Below are positions 1-10,790 of a stretch of 64,000 nucleotides of DNA, piece by piece (within the stretch, counting starts at the first letter, position 1; each line of letters starts with the position of its first letter). The notes beneath the pieces are model-generated. The model was not told the origin of the DNA, searched no databases, and worked only from the letters and a program-made list of their open reading frames with translations. The DNA lies in NCBI GenBank assembly GCA_964493475.1, contig CAZBNS010000001.1, forward strand, positions 9,099 to 73,098, written 5' to 3'. A program made the position numbers and the translations under genes. This DNA is from an uncultured Rhizobiaceae bacterium (GTDB lineage: Bacteria; Pseudomonadota; Alphaproteobacteria; Rickettsiales; UBA1997).

Positions 1-3000
1 AAAGTCAAAAGCATTCTAGTCCAAGCATTTTTATTTTGTTGCGCTGGCGATAACGAAGCATTTAAACCAGATTGCTGAGTTCTTAAAGTATTCTGTTTAA
101 ACTTCTCAATAGCCTGTTGCTCTGACATTCCAGCTTTAATATTAGCTTGTATATTTGCATAACCACCGAATATAACTGAACCAATATCGCCATACCTAAC
201 CATTGATGTAAAAATCTCTGTAAAGTTAATGTTGTCAATTCTTCTTCCCAATCCCCCCAAAGCCTTTTCTAATTTCACAAATTCAAAATCATTTGTCATT
301 GCTCTTTTTAACTCTTGATTATATCCACTATTTAATCTCTCATTGACAAAATCTATTTTTGTCATGTAGTTTATTGTATTTTTTGGATGTATTAATCCGT
401 CTTTAAAGCTACCTAACCAATCAGTAGTCTTAACATCTATTGAGTAATTGCTTATAGCTCCCATCTGTCTAAAAAACACAGGAAAACTAGCGCCTATTTT
501 AGCAACCGTCCAGTTAGATAATAACTTGTTGAATAATTTGTTTGTGGTCGTGTAATACTCTTTTCTACTACTCAACGATTGATTATTTAATTGCTCTCGC
601 ATACTCTTAATAACGCCATCACCAAACTTATTTTTTATAGCAAATTGGATATCTGGACTATAAAATATATCTGCTATCTGTTTATATTTTTCAGACATAT
701 TAATTAGGTATTCCGTCTGTTGAATATTACCTACCGCCTTATTGTAAGCATCACTGACTATAGGAATTACATTTTGCACTACCCTCTCTTTTGTAAATGA
801 TAGACTTTTATTTTTTCCATCAAGATCAAGTGAAGTTCCAAACACACTAAAATTATTTTCATGCTCTGATGTAGCTGGCCAGTAATTACTTTCTTTTTTT
901 AGGTCGGTATTGAACAATCTTATAAACACATCATTCACTTCATCGTAATTATCAACACTATTCATTAAGGAATCTGCAAAGGCTTTTTCATTTTGAGAAA
1001 GATTTGAGATTAAATCATTTATTTGTTGGTCGCCATAATGTTTATAAAAGTCAGCTTTCTTTTTATCATTCTTTATGGAGTTATAAATATCCATTATTTC
1101 CATTTTTGAAATCTTTTCTGGTGCTGCGCTCCTAGGGTCGTAAAGGTCATAATCCTTAACTCTCAAATCTCTATTGCTCGCCAGCAACTCCCAGTCATGC
1201 TTTACATTTAAGGTTTCTTTAAGTTCGGCATTCAATCGGTTTTCTTTGTTGAATACTATTTGATTAAGCCTATTCTCATCAAGCTCTAAATTATACTTTT
1301 CAGCAATATTTTTATTCGTTAGGTAATTCATTATGTCAAATTGATTGCCTACTTGATTTACATACAAGCTAGTTGTGAGTTTTGTTTTTAAAGTCTTCTT
1401 ATCTGCCTTGTTATTGTTGATAGCTTCAAGAACTTCATTTTTATTTACCACTTTTTTGTTTCTTTTCAATTCATCGTGCATTAACTTCTCGTCTGCCGAA
1501 TATTTTTTTATATTCAAGACATCATTATAAATACTCTCAATCAATCCTCTACTGCTATCTTTCAAACCCTGTGACTTATAATTCAAAAACTTTTCTTTTA
1601 ATGAATAGGCAAGCGTATCTTTTAGCTCCGCATATTCTAAGCCTCCTTTGAGATTAGCTAACTCATTTATTGCTTGCTCTTGCGAAATCTTGTTGTAGCT
1701 TCTCAAATCCTCAAAAAACTTGTTGACTTCATATAGGTATTTTCCGACCTTGCGGTTTCCTTGTTTTACATTGTTTGTATGAAATAGTTCTTTATCTATC
1801 TTATCTTTAAGGTGGTTCTTAATTTGCGAATCAATGAGGTTATCAATCTTTTCAATAATGTTCCTCTTGTTTGCTTCAAGTTGTTCTTGTGTTTGAATAT
1901 TCTTTATATCGGTTATGAATTTAGATTTATTCTCTGGTGATAAACTGCTTTTTTGGATAATGTCTGTTAGCTGTGATTGAACTTGCTTTATGTCCTGTTT
2001 TGTTCTAGCTTTCAAATATCTAACATCATCTTTTAGTTTGCTGGTTTCTTTTTTGATTGAATCAAAATCATTTTCTGTCATAACTTTTAGTTTGAAGTCT
2101 TTTGATTTTTCAATAATTTCAATAAACTCTTTGTAATTAAATGGAAGAGATGATAACATTTCTTCGGCTTGATTAGATTGATTTATACGGTTTTCGTAGT
2201 TTGCAACTCTGGAAGAATCAGAACTTTTATAAATGTAATTACCACCTCTGTCTTCTTCAATCGCATTGAATAAGTCGTTTATATCAAGGCTTCTATAATC
2301 TTTATTTCCAAAAAATCCGTCTTCAACTGCTTTTTTCAATATGTAATCTGCTGTGTTTTCAAATTTTGTTGCTCCTTTTTTCTCTGTAGATTGCCTTATT
2401 AAATCATTAAAACCCATTGATTTTAACTCGCCGCCACCATCATAAATTCCGCCCTGTTGTTTAATCCATTGGCTTAATGTGGCTGGTTGTCTAGGTAGTG
2501 GCTGATTAGCTACTTTTTCCATGAATTTGAGTTGTTTATAGGCTACTTCGTAGCCATCAAAATTAAAAGAAGCATTTTTATTTTTTAGCTGCTTTAGTGT
2601 TTGTTGGAGGTTGCCAACATTGTCTTTTATGCTCTCTCTTATTTTATCAAAATTATCTTGAGACACATCCTTGTTTAAACTAATGTTGTTTAGCTCGGTA
2701 TCAACAACTTTTCTCTCATTCTGTAAAATATTGTCAACGATATTTAAGATGTTTTCTTTGCTGTCTTGCTTGCTAATTATTTCCTTAATGTATTTAGCTC
2801 CTTCAACATAGTTATTGCCATTATAGGTTGTATTGTCATTTTCTCTCTTTATGAGATTAATGACTTCTTCCTGTAAGCCTGGGTTTCTCAAAGTGTCCGC
2901 TACCTTATTAATAGTATTATCAGCCTCAATTTCGGTAGCTCCATTATTGATTAACTCTTGTCTTCCGTTGTAAAATATGTGTCCTATTCCGGCACCACCA

Positions 3001-3929
3001 GCACCACCGATAGCTCCAAGTAATCCAGCATAAAGTGTATCTTGGGCTATCTCTTTTATATTTTTTTCTCTAACGCCAGTAAACACCATAGCGGTGTCTT
3101 CAATTATGTTCTGTAAACTTTCTTCAATACCCTCGCTTAATGCACCATAAAATATTGATGTTATTACATTATTGCCTTTTATAGCGCTTAATAGTTTTTC
3201 CGTTCCATAATATTCAACAAATGCGTTAGCTGATGCAACACCAATACTTAGAGTGTTAGCCCAACCTCTTGACATTCCACTCTCAATACTTTCTTCATAT
3301 AATTCTTGTTGTCCGCTTATTCCGTATAAAGCAGATATTAAAGCTGGGGATTTTAAGGCGATTGTTGCCATTATATTTGAAGTGACACCGCCTAAATCAT
3401 AGCTAACTCCGTCTTTTTCTACCTTTGATAATCCTAACTCATCTATAAACTTTTTTTGAGTGTCTCTCATTTCTAAAGCCGCTTCATCTAAATTAGCTAA
3501 AAACTCGTCCAAATCCTTTTCTGTATATTTTGATTTATCACTATAAACTAATCTTCCATATTGTGCTGCTACTTTGTGTCCTATACTTCTTTTCGCCGAT
3601 TGATACATATTAATAGGAAAAGCAGTAAACCCTCTTGAAAAATCCAAAGCTTTACTTACTAGAAAATTGTTTGCAAAATCATTTGAATATTTTTTATTGT
3701 CATCCTGTGATATATCAACCATTCCTACAAAATCTTCTCTTGATTTATTTTTAAACTGAACCAAGTCATTATAATTTATCTTTACTGGATCATTAAAAGT
3801 TGAATTAACAATGTTTTTAGTGTTGTCATTATAAAAGCTGATGTTGTCTTCCGCAACTTCAACCGCACTATTTATATCAAAACCACTATTTTTTACCTCA
3901 ACTGCGGATTCTATATCAAATTCTTCCAT
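1..3929 (-). CDS. Very large virion-associated protein (internal/ejection-protein position); C-terminus beyond window edge
   Basis: Open frame on the minus strand from ATG at 3929 to position 3 (1309 codons, no stop). It is missing from the ORF track only because it is open-ended. Gly-rich hydrophobic stretch LLGAIGGAGGAGIG is encoded around 2990-3040. It is the last and largest gene after tail-tube-sized and internal-protein-sized genes. Function is inferred from size and position only. Confidence 0.45.
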   Translation of the reverse strand, partial: MEEFDIESAVEVKNSGFDINSAVEVAEDNISFYNDNTKNIVNSTFNDPVKINYNDLVQFKNKSREDFVGMVDISQDDNKKYSNDFANNFLVSKALDFSRGFTAFPINMYQSAKRSIGHKVAAQYGRLVYSDKSKYTEKDLDEFLANLDEAALEMRDTQKKFIDELGLSKVEKDGVSYDLGGVTSNIMATIALKSPALISALYGISGQQELYEESIESGMSRGWANTLSIGVASANAFVEYYGTEKLLSAIKGNNVITSIFYGALSEGIEESLQNIIEDTAMVFTGVREKNIKEIAQDTLYAGLLGAIGGAGGAGIGHIFYNGRQELINNGATEIEADNTINKVADTLRNPGLQEEVINLIKRENDNTTYNGNNYVEGAKYIKEIISKQDSKENILNIVDNILQNERKVVDTELNNISLNKDVSQDNFDKIRESIKDNVGNLQQTLKQLKNKNASFNFDGYEVAYKQLKFMEKVANQPLPRQPATLSQWIKQQGGIYDGGGELKSMGFNDLIRQSTEKKGATKFENTADYILKKAVEDGFFGNKDYRSLDINDLFNAIEEDRGGNYIYKSSDSSRVANYENRINQSNQAEEMLSSLPFNYKEFIEIIEKSKDFKLKVMTENDFDSIKKETSKLKDDVRYLKARTKQDIKQVQSQLTDIIQKSSLSPENKSKFITDIKNIQTQEQLEANKRNIIEKIDNLIDSQIKNHLKDKIDKELFHTNNVKQGNRKVGKYLYEVNKFFEDLRSYNKISQEQAINELANLKGGLEYAELKDTLAYSLKEKFLNYKSQGLKDSSRGLIESIYNDVLNIKKYSADEKLMHDELKRNKKVVNKNEVLEAINNNKADKKTLKTKLTTSLYVNQVGNQFDIMNYLTNKNIAEKYNLELDENRLNQIVFNKENRLNAELKETLNVKHDWELLASNRDLRVKDYDLYDPRSAAPEKISKMEIMDIYNSIKNDKKKADFYKHYGDQQINDLISNLSQNEKAFADSLMNSVDNYDEVNDVFIRLFNTDLKKESNYWPATSEHENNFSVFGTSLDLDGKNKSLSFTKERVVQNVIPIVSDAYNKAVGNIQQTEYLINMSEKYKQIADIFYSPDIQFAIKNKFGDGVIKSMREQLNNQSLSSRKEYYTTTNKLFNKLLSNWTVAKIGASFPVFFRQMGAISNYSIDVKTTDWLGSFKDGLIHPKNTINYMTKIDFVNERLNSGYNQELKRAMTNDFEFVKLEKALGGLGRRIDNINFTEIFTSMVRYGDIGSVIFGGYANIQANIKAGMSEQQAIEKFKQNTLRTQQSGLNASLSPAQQNKNAWTRMLLT

Positions 3930-3941
3930 ATCACATACCTA

Positions 3942-5465
3942 CTATATTTTTTTAACATCAATAATCTTTCCTGTACTATCTTTTAAGACCATTGCTTCGT
4001 TGCCGTTTTTATCTTTCATTCTAACATAACCGCCATTGTTCAAATTTTTATTCCCAACTGCTCCGCTTTTTCTATCATAAGAAATTACATTATTACCAAA
4101 GACAACCGCATTTGTTTTTTCTTTTAGAGATACAAACCTGTCCTTCACATATTGTTCTTTTATTGCATCCATAATGTTGTTAACGCTATCTAGCGTCTTT
4201 TGATCGCTTGCATTTAAATTTATCTTGTTTTCTTTTGCGACATTAAAAGCATTTTCATAAAAAAACACTCTATCATCAATGTATGAATCAGAATCGTTTT
4301 TAAAGAAGTCATTTATTCTATTATTTATTTGTTCGCCAGCGGTAGTAATGAACCATCTATCACCATCTTTTAGTCTTTTGTTATTTCCCATAATTTGATT
4401 TAAAGCTAATGTAGTATTAGATAAAAAGTTTTTATATTGAGAGTTTGTAATATTGTTGTTTGCCCTAGCTTCTCTTACAGCGTTTCTAAAATCAATTACA
4501 CTTTCTACATTGTTAAGATCAGAGTTTCTTATTTTAAATTTTCCATCCTTATTTTTTATATTAAAAAATTTATATCTTGAATCTAGTTCTGTTAAAACTA
4601 CAGCATCCATTATTTTTTGTTGCGGTGTTTTTCTTAAGCTATACACACCATCTTTCTCTTCCTCATCAATAGATTTTTTTAGTTTTCCTATATAGGAAGT
4701 TATTTTATTATAATCTTCCTGTGATAAATCATATTGTTCTTGTATTGTTTGTGGTTGTTGTATCCATTTATCATAATTACTTACAAAGGTATCTGTATCA
4801 TTCTCAAACAAGCCATTAAAATGATTAAATGCACTACTTAGTTTTGTTTGATTGAAAGTCTTATTTATTTTTTCAACATCACTTGTTTTAATAAGATTTT
4901 GTCCCTTAGTTCCAGTTTGTAAAAGAGTTTTATCCATAACTTGTTTATTAATCTGATAATCGGCTGTAGTTTCCGGTGTTAATGTTCCATTAAACATATT
5001 ATCATAATAAACTTGAGCAGAACCAAGCTTGCTATCAATAAATGATAAAATTGAATCTCTATTTTGAGAATCCAATTTATTTTTATAATTCTCATTAGCT
5101 TTTATTAAATAAGTATTTTTCAAAGTTAAATATTGTTTTTCAATATCTAATTTCATTTCATCAGGTAAACCAGCAGACAATTTATTTTTAGTTTCCATAA
5201 AATCCTTTCCTAATTTTTCAGGATTAGCCGATAAATTACTATATGAATTATACATTGAATTAGATAAAGAACTTGTGGCATCTAGTAATAAGCTATTATA
5301 TTCTAATTGTGCTTGTTTAAGTCTTTGTTTTTTTATAATATTAGCTCTATCTTCAGCAAATTTTGAAACACCAACTACATTTTGTGAAACTGCTTGTATT
5401 ATTCCACTATTACTAACTGGATTTACAATCGCCGTTTTTATTTGCTTTTTATACATTGTTCCCAT
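3942..5465 (-). CDS. Phage structural protein, internal virion protein candidate
   Basis: 507-aa ORF, tightly packed (12-nt gap to the next gene), between a small internal-protein-sized gene and the giant gene. No recognisable motif. Confidence 0.3.
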   Translation of the reverse strand: MGTMYKKQIKTAIVNPVSNSGIIQAVSQNVVGVSKFAEDRANIIKKQRLKQAQLEYNSLLLDATSSLSNSMYNSYSNLSANPEKLGKDFMETKNKLSAGLPDEMKLDIEKQYLTLKNTYLIKANENYKNKLDSQNRDSILSFIDSKLGSAQVYYDNMFNGTLTPETTADYQINKQVMDKTLLQTGTKGQNLIKTSDVEKINKTFNQTKLSSAFNHFNGLFENDTDTFVSNYDKWIQQPQTIQEQYDLSQEDYNKITSYIGKLKKSIDEEEKDGVYSLRKTPQQKIMDAVVLTELDSRYKFFNIKNKDGKFKIRNSDLNNVESVIDFRNAVREARANNNITNSQYKNFLSNTTLALNQIMGNNKRLKDGDRWFITTAGEQINNRINDFFKNDSDSYIDDRVFFYENAFNVAKENKINLNASDQKTLDSVNNIMDAIKEQYVKDRFVSLKEKTNAVVFGNNVISYDRKSGAVGNKNLNNGGYVRMKDKNGNEAMVLKDSTGKIIDVKKI

Positions 5466-5480
5466 TATAACACCTTTTGA

Positions 5481-5960
5481 TTATTCATCTTCTTTTAAAT
5501 TGTCAGACAAACTAAATAAAGAACTGCTAATACTACCCCACATGCTAGCCCTTGCAATTTTATTATTAACCGCTTGTTGTCCTCTTAAAATAGTAGCTTG
5601 TCTTTCTGCATTCTTTTGAATTGTCTGCACATCTTCGCCAAAGTTTTTAGCGGAATGTTCCAAGTTTTCTTGAACGGAACCGCTTGATGTTTTTATGCCT
5701 CTTTGAATTGCATTATATTGAACTCTACCAATATTTTCATTAAACTGTTCTCTCATTTCGTTTACTTGTTCCAAAGCTGACAATTGAACTTGACTTGCTT
5801 GAATACCTAAAGAGGCATTTTGAGATTTTAATAAATTGTAATTGATAGTAGAACCAACTATATTGGCTAATGCGCTCGCACCATATAGAATATTTTGAGA
5901 ATTTTTTGAATCTTCGTCGTCTAATAAACTATAATTATTTTTATTATTTCTACGAGCCAT
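5481..5960 (-). CDS. Phage structural protein, small internal virion protein candidate
   Basis: 159-aa Q/N/S-rich ORF immediately after the 852-aa tail gene (2-nt gap). Call is by position only. Confidence 0.3.
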   Translation of the reverse strand: MARRNNKNNYSLLDDEDSKNSQNILYGASALANIVGSTINYNLLKSQNASLGIQASQVQLSALEQVNEMREQFNENIGRVQYNAIQRGIKTSSGSVQENLEHSAKNFGEDVQTIQKNAERQATILRGQQAVNNKIARASMWGSISSSLFSLSDNLKEDE

Positions 5961-5962
5961 AT

Positions 5963-8521
5963 TTATCTTCCGTAATTAATATTTAACACAATTGATTTAA
6001 CTTCTAAATAATCAAATCTGCTTTCTATTGTAAATTTATTCTCATTTTTCCAGTCGCTACAAGCATATAAATTAAAAATATTTTTATCAGAACTTACTGT
6101 CTGATCATTAAATGTTAATTTTGTTGTATCATTAGTTGTAATTGTGGCTTTAGAAATACGAGATTTTATAGTTGTAGTTTGTCTGCCAACACTTAAATTA
6201 TTACTAATTAATTTGCACTTTATATCTAAACCAATATAAACAGTATCTGTTATTGTTTCGCTCAAAGTGATTGCTCCATCAATAACGAAATAATTACCAT
6301 AATCTTTCATATCAGAATAAACCCTTACTTCAAGATTATTATATATACCTAAATCACTAATTTCATTACTATTATTAACTGAAACGATACTTGTGAAATC
6401 GGTTTTCAAATTTTCTAATTTTTCTAAAAATAAAACTTCATTTCTTTTTATCAAAAAATAAGTAGAATCACCCAAAATAATCATATCTTTTATTTCACCA
6501 TTAGAACTTTCAAATCTTGTAAAAGCATTTATATTTTGTTCTAACAAAACATTTCCTACAGCAACAGTTCCATCATCATTTACTAAATAAACAAAGTTCC
6601 CATCTTCAAAATTACTGTTAAAATCAATAGCCATTCTTACCGGATCTTTAATCATTTGATTATTTAATAGAGTTAAAGCACTTGCATTAAATGTTGATTG
6701 TTCGTAGTTATAAACAAATGTGTTTACATTTAATCCTTTTCTGTCAATAAATAAAGTTACTCCAGCAATATCTTTAGGTTCCGCCATTCTTTTACTTCCA
6801 ACTGATGATGTTTGTGCGAAGAATATACTGTTCGGTGTTAAATTATTTTCGTTAGCTACAAACTCAGCGCCGCCGCTAAATACTTGTAATCCTCTATTTC
6901 CATAGAGATTAACTATTTCGTTATTTTGTTTGCTTGATAAATCAATATTTATTCCATCGTTATCATAATTTCCTACATTATTAAAATCATGATATTGACT
7001 TAACCTGCTGCTGCATATATTTAATGGTTTTTGTGCTGAGCCGCCAAACCATAATCTTTCTTGATAAAATAAACAAGAGTTAGGCCATCCTCTAGTAATG
7101 CTCCAAATTGGTTCATAACCAGTTATATATTTAAAATTTGTAAATGCATCTGTTGTATAAAAAGGAATTATGGTATAACCAAATACCTTTGTTGTTGAGC
7201 TATATTCTGTAATTCTAAATCGTCCACCACCTCCATCAATAATTTGTCCAACACTAGCGCTTGTAAAAAAGTTTGCACTAGCCGTCAAATAACCAGTTCC
7301 TTCTTCTGTTGATGGTGTTAAAGTTTTTGTTGATTCTGTTGTTGATGTTTCACCATCAAACGCAAAAACTGGAATTTTATTTAAAGTAAATTCGCCAAAA
7401 GACCAGCCGCTTGAAGTTCTTTGCAATAATTGCGGATGTATATTGGGATGAGTAAAAACCATCATATTTTCAGTCTGAGTAACCTTTAGCTTTTCAAATA
7501 AATTTGAAGTGAGTATTGAGGCTTGGAGTGATGCAATAAATACATCATTTTTATAAATAAGAATATAGCCATCTTGAATACAGATTATATATTGGTTGTC
7601 GTTGTCAAAAACAAAATCAAATAATTTGGCATCTGCAGCAGTTGCTCCTAAAATACCGTAAGTCATACTGTCCACTTGTAATTTGCTGACTATATAATCA
7701 TTATCTTTTTTTACTAGTTTGAATTGTGTGTAATTTGTATCACTAGGAATATTTAAATCTATATTTAAAATAGTATCGCTGCTAACTTCAAACTCCACTA
7801 AGTCAATATAATTATTATTACTATCCTTGCCTTGAAGAGTTAATTTAGTTTTGTAAACTGCGTCATTAATTAAAGTCACAGATACACTGCCTGGATTTGT
7901 AGTAAATGCGCCAGTATTTTGATTTAAACCTCCAGCAACAGAACCGTCATAATTCAATGAAGCATTTACAATAGGTTTTTTTGTCCAAGTTCCGCCGAAT
8001 GTAAATGGAAGAGTTTTTTGTGTATCATAACCAAAACCAGCATCTACAACATTTACTTTTGTAAAATGATATTCAAAATAACTGGTATAAGGACCATGTG
8101 GTTGTGTTTTTTGTAAATCACAAGTAAATTTTCCGGTTGTGGTTTTTTTTAAAGTTATTCCATTAAATCTTAAAAAGTTAATAGTTCCAGTACTTGAACT
8201 AAAATCAATATCAAATATTGCACCTGTATTGTCAGCTAGTAAATTTGTAGTTTCAAATGTATTTATATTGTCAAATAAGTAGCTAACTGTTCCACCAAAC
8301 CACGATGTAACAGTTGGTTGAGTGATTCCAGTTGTATCAATAGTTTTTATGCTATCAATCTTTTTAGTTCCCATTCTAGTTTTAAAACCGCCAAAAATCG
8401 TAGGAATATAATTTTTTATATAACTTGCAGAATCATCTAAAATACTTAAATCAGTTCTCTCATTAGACAACTGGTTAATTTCGCCCTTTGTAAATTTAAC
8501 TCTTCTTTGCTGAGTTTTCAT
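5963..8521 (-). CDS. Tail tube/nozzle protein candidate (T7 gp12-sized)
   Basis: 852-aa ORF directly following a 194-aa ORF. The sizes and order mirror T7 gp11 (196 aa) and gp12 (794 aa). No motif-level confirmation is possible by eye. Confidence 0.4.
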   Translation of the reverse strand: MKTQQRRVKFTKGEINQLSNERTDLSILDDSASYIKNYIPTIFGGFKTRMGTKKIDSIKTIDTTGITQPTVTSWFGGTVSYLFDNINTFETTNLLADNTGAIFDIDFSSSTGTINFLRFNGITLKKTTTGKFTCDLQKTQPHGPYTSYFEYHFTKVNVVDAGFGYDTQKTLPFTFGGTWTKKPIVNASLNYDGSVAGGLNQNTGAFTTNPGSVSVTLINDAVYKTKLTLQGKDSNNNYIDLVEFEVSSDTILNIDLNIPSDTNYTQFKLVKKDNDYIVSKLQVDSMTYGILGATAADAKLFDFVFDNDNQYIICIQDGYILIYKNDVFIASLQASILTSNLFEKLKVTQTENMMVFTHPNIHPQLLQRTSSGWSFGEFTLNKIPVFAFDGETSTTESTKTLTPSTEEGTGYLTASANFFTSASVGQIIDGGGGRFRITEYSSTTKVFGYTIIPFYTTDAFTNFKYITGYEPIWSITRGWPNSCLFYQERLWFGGSAQKPLNICSSRLSQYHDFNNVGNYDNDGINIDLSSKQNNEIVNLYGNRGLQVFSGGAEFVANENNLTPNSIFFAQTSSVGSKRMAEPKDIAGVTLFIDRKGLNVNTFVYNYEQSTFNASALTLLNNQMIKDPVRMAIDFNSNFEDGNFVYLVNDDGTVAVGNVLLEQNINAFTRFESSNGEIKDMIILGDSTYFLIKRNEVLFLEKLENLKTDFTSIVSVNNSNEISDLGIYNNLEVRVYSDMKDYGNYFVIDGAITLSETITDTVYIGLDIKCKLISNNLSVGRQTTTIKSRISKATITTNDTTKLTFNDQTVSSDKNIFNLYACSDWKNENKFTIESRFDYLEVKSIVLNINYGR

Positions 8522-8523
8522 GG

Positions 8524-9108
8524 CTAAAACCTCGCACTGTAATATGGATTAGATTTTATTACTTTGTCAGGTTGTTGTTTAGCATCTAATCGTTTTGCTA
8601 TAATATATTGTTCTGTAGTTTTTGCATTTAAATACTGCAATAATTCTGTATCACCAGTCAATAACATACATTTATCAAATGCTATTTTATATTTTAAATA
8701 TTGAATGAAATGATCAGGAAATAAACTTGTTTCAACTCTTTTTATATAGTTAAAATAAACAGTTTCAGAGTTTGTATAAAATTTGTCTTTAATCTCATAA
8801 TCACTTATTAATGAAGTCCTTTCTTTATTAGAAAATGGATTAATTAAAATTAAAAATCCTGTTGGCAAAGTGTAAGCACAAGAGAATTTATAGTCGCTTA
8901 CACTTCCTTTAGTTATTAATTGAACCGTATCTATTGCAAAACTCCACCTATATTCTGATAGAGATTGACAAATAAGGCTTTCATACCCAAAATTAATTTT
9001 CTCAACAGTATCAATAGTTTCATCATCAAAATCGCCAAAATCCTCACTAATACCAAGTGATTGCAAAGCTAATTTTTTTAATTTACTATCTGCCGTTATT
9101 TCTGCCAT
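8524..9108 (-). CDS. Tail adaptor/tail tubular protein A candidate (T7 gp11-sized)
   Basis: 194-aa ORF between the capsid region and the 852-aa tail gene, with a 2-nt gap to the next gene. Call rests on size and order synteny only. Confidence 0.35.
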   Translation of the reverse strand: MAEITADSKLKKLALQSLGISEDFGDFDDETIDTVEKINFGYESLICQSLSEYRWSFAIDTVQLITKGSVSDYKFSCAYTLPTGFLILINPFSNKERTSLISDYEIKDKFYTNSETVYFNYIKRVETSLFPDHFIQYLKYKIAFDKCMLLTGDTELLQYLNAKTTEQYIIAKRLDAKQQPDKVIKSNPYYSARF

Positions 9109-9130
9109 ATATGAAAGCCTTTATTTACTA

Positions 9131-9763
9131 TTAGCTATTAGCTGCCGCTGTAAATTCAGCCTCTTTGCTTCCAGTAAGTGTTGAAGTTGTAGAGGTAAAT
9201 TTATAACTGGAACCTGTAGCTGTTGCTTGATATTTAGTGCAAGCAGAATCTTGATAGACTATTACTCCGCTAGAAACATAGTTAGTAGCTGTTCCAGTTG
9301 TTTTAACATAACCATCAATGCTTGTAGCATTAGTCATTGTTTCGGTATTCCCAGTATAAGTATATTCAGACCCGTCAGAATTTTCAATAAATGTTGATAA
9401 ATCTTTATCAGAATAAACACCAAGTCCAGCCTCAACAGTTGAGCCACTAGATCCAGGAGCAGTAACATAACCAACCGTTGGAGTTTCGCCGCCATTAGAT
9501 ACTTCATAAACAGTCTTATTATAAGAATAACTCACTTTAGTTACTGTTATTGATGTAGCATTTGTTACATTATACCAAGTATTGTTGCCATAATCAGCAT
9601 CAATAACCACTATTTGATCGCCAGTTTTTAATTTATCTGTAGCAAAATAGCCATTAGATGTTATTGTGTCTTCATCCTCATTATAATACTGCCAAATCAA
9701 AGGAGCTATACCCCTTTGAGTAGCATTAGATATTAACGATAAATTTTTTAATTTAAAACTCAT
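9131..9763 (-). CDS. Hypothetical phage structural protein (possible capsid decoration/minor capsid)
   Basis: 210-aa T/S/G-rich ORF immediately downstream of the major capsid gene. Confidence 0.3.
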   Translation of the reverse strand: MSFKLKNLSLISNATQRGIAPLIWQYYNEDEDTITSNGYFATDKLKTGDQIVVIDADYGNNTWYNVTNATSITVTKVSYSYNKTVYEVSNGGETPTVGYVTAPGSSGSTVEAGLGVYSDKDLSTFIENSDGSEYTYTGNTETMTNATSIDGYVKTTGTATNYVSSGVIVYQDSACTKYQATATGSSYKFTSTTSTLTGSKEAEFTAAANS

Positions 9764-9777
9764 TTTTTACCTCGTTA

Positions 9778-10677
9778 TTAATTAGTAATGTCTCTTTTGA
9801 TTAAAGACTTGAATTTGAATACTCCATCACTATCAATGATCTTGCAAGCTGCACCCATTGAACCGCCAATTTTCCAACCTTCTTTTTCCGTTACCCAATC
9901 AGTAGAAGTTGAAAAGTCTTTTTGATTATAAAAACCAATAGCTTCTTTATGATATGCTAAACCGGTTTGAACCATATTTGTAATATCAAGTCCGCCCTCT
10001 CTCATTTTGGGAATAACAATAAAATTAAATCCTAAATACTGTTTAATTTCGCCTCTTACTAATGACCTAACATCAACATATTCAGAACTTGTTACTTTGA
10101 CAGATTTTAATAAATCAGATCTCTGTTGAGAACCCCATAAAATATATCTTTCTTCTTCAGGGACTCCGTTATCATCCATAGTATCTTTAATTTCAAGAAG
10201 TGTATCCAATGATAAGCTTTTTGTAGTATCGCCAATAACATCTTGATCTGTACTCATTCCAGCATTAATAACTATCTGATTTAATCTTCTGCCGATTGCT
10301 TTTGAAGCTATATCAGCACATAAAGAAGCTTCATCAAAATTAACTTTATTGATTTGCAATTTATCAACAAAATCAAAAGCATCATAATCAAGAATATCTG
10401 CACTTACAACACTTTTTGAACTATTCATGTAAGCAACATTAGAACCGGGAACATGCAATGTAGCAATACCATCACCAGCTTTGTAAAATACAACTTTACT
10501 TCCTTTTACAACGCCCTTATCATTAACCGTATTTTTTAAAGAGAATTGTTTTTCATATTTTCTTTTTACCTCACTATCAAAATAAGTAGTGAATGTAGAA
10601 TCCAAATTTATACTCATATTTTTTTCATAAAATTTATTAATTAAAATTAAAATCAGTAAGAATACAAGTAGGCTCAT
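9778..10677 (-). CDS. Major capsid protein
   Basis: ~280-300 aa ORF after the scaffold/lysis genes, with sequence character typical of HK97-fold coat proteins. The first 20 codons (MSLLVFLLILILINKFYEKN) look like a spurious hydrophobic extension, so the real start is probably ATG at 10617 (MSINLDSTF...). Confidence 0.6.
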   Translation of the reverse strand: MSLLVFLLILILINKFYEKNMSINLDSTFTTYFDSEVKRKYEKQFSLKNTVNDKGVVKGSKVVFYKAGDGIATLHVPGSNVAYMNSSKSVVSADILDYDAFDFVDKLQINKVNFDEASLCADIASKAIGRRLNQIVINAGMSTDQDVIGDTTKSLSLDTLLEIKDTMDDNGVPEEERYILWGSQQRSDLLKSVKVTSSEYVDVRSLVRGEIKQYLGFNFIVIPKMREGGLDITNMVQTGLAYHKEAIGFYNQKDFSTSTDWVTEKEGWKIGGSMGAACKIIDSDGVFKFKSLIKRDITN

Positions 10678-10790
10678 ATTTCATAAGAGGGTTGCAAAAA
10701 AATGCAGTGTGCCTCAATATAAGGTTTATATTACTAACCTATAAATAGGATAAATTCTAAAAGCTGTTTATGAAGTATATAATTATTACC

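Noticed and set aside
10618-10677. Hydrophobic 20-aa N-terminal extension of the capsid ORF
   Set aside because: The extension looks like a signal peptide, which is implausible for a coat protein. The internal ATG at 10617 gives a typical capsid N-terminus. The longer ORF coordinates are kept in the feature but flagged.
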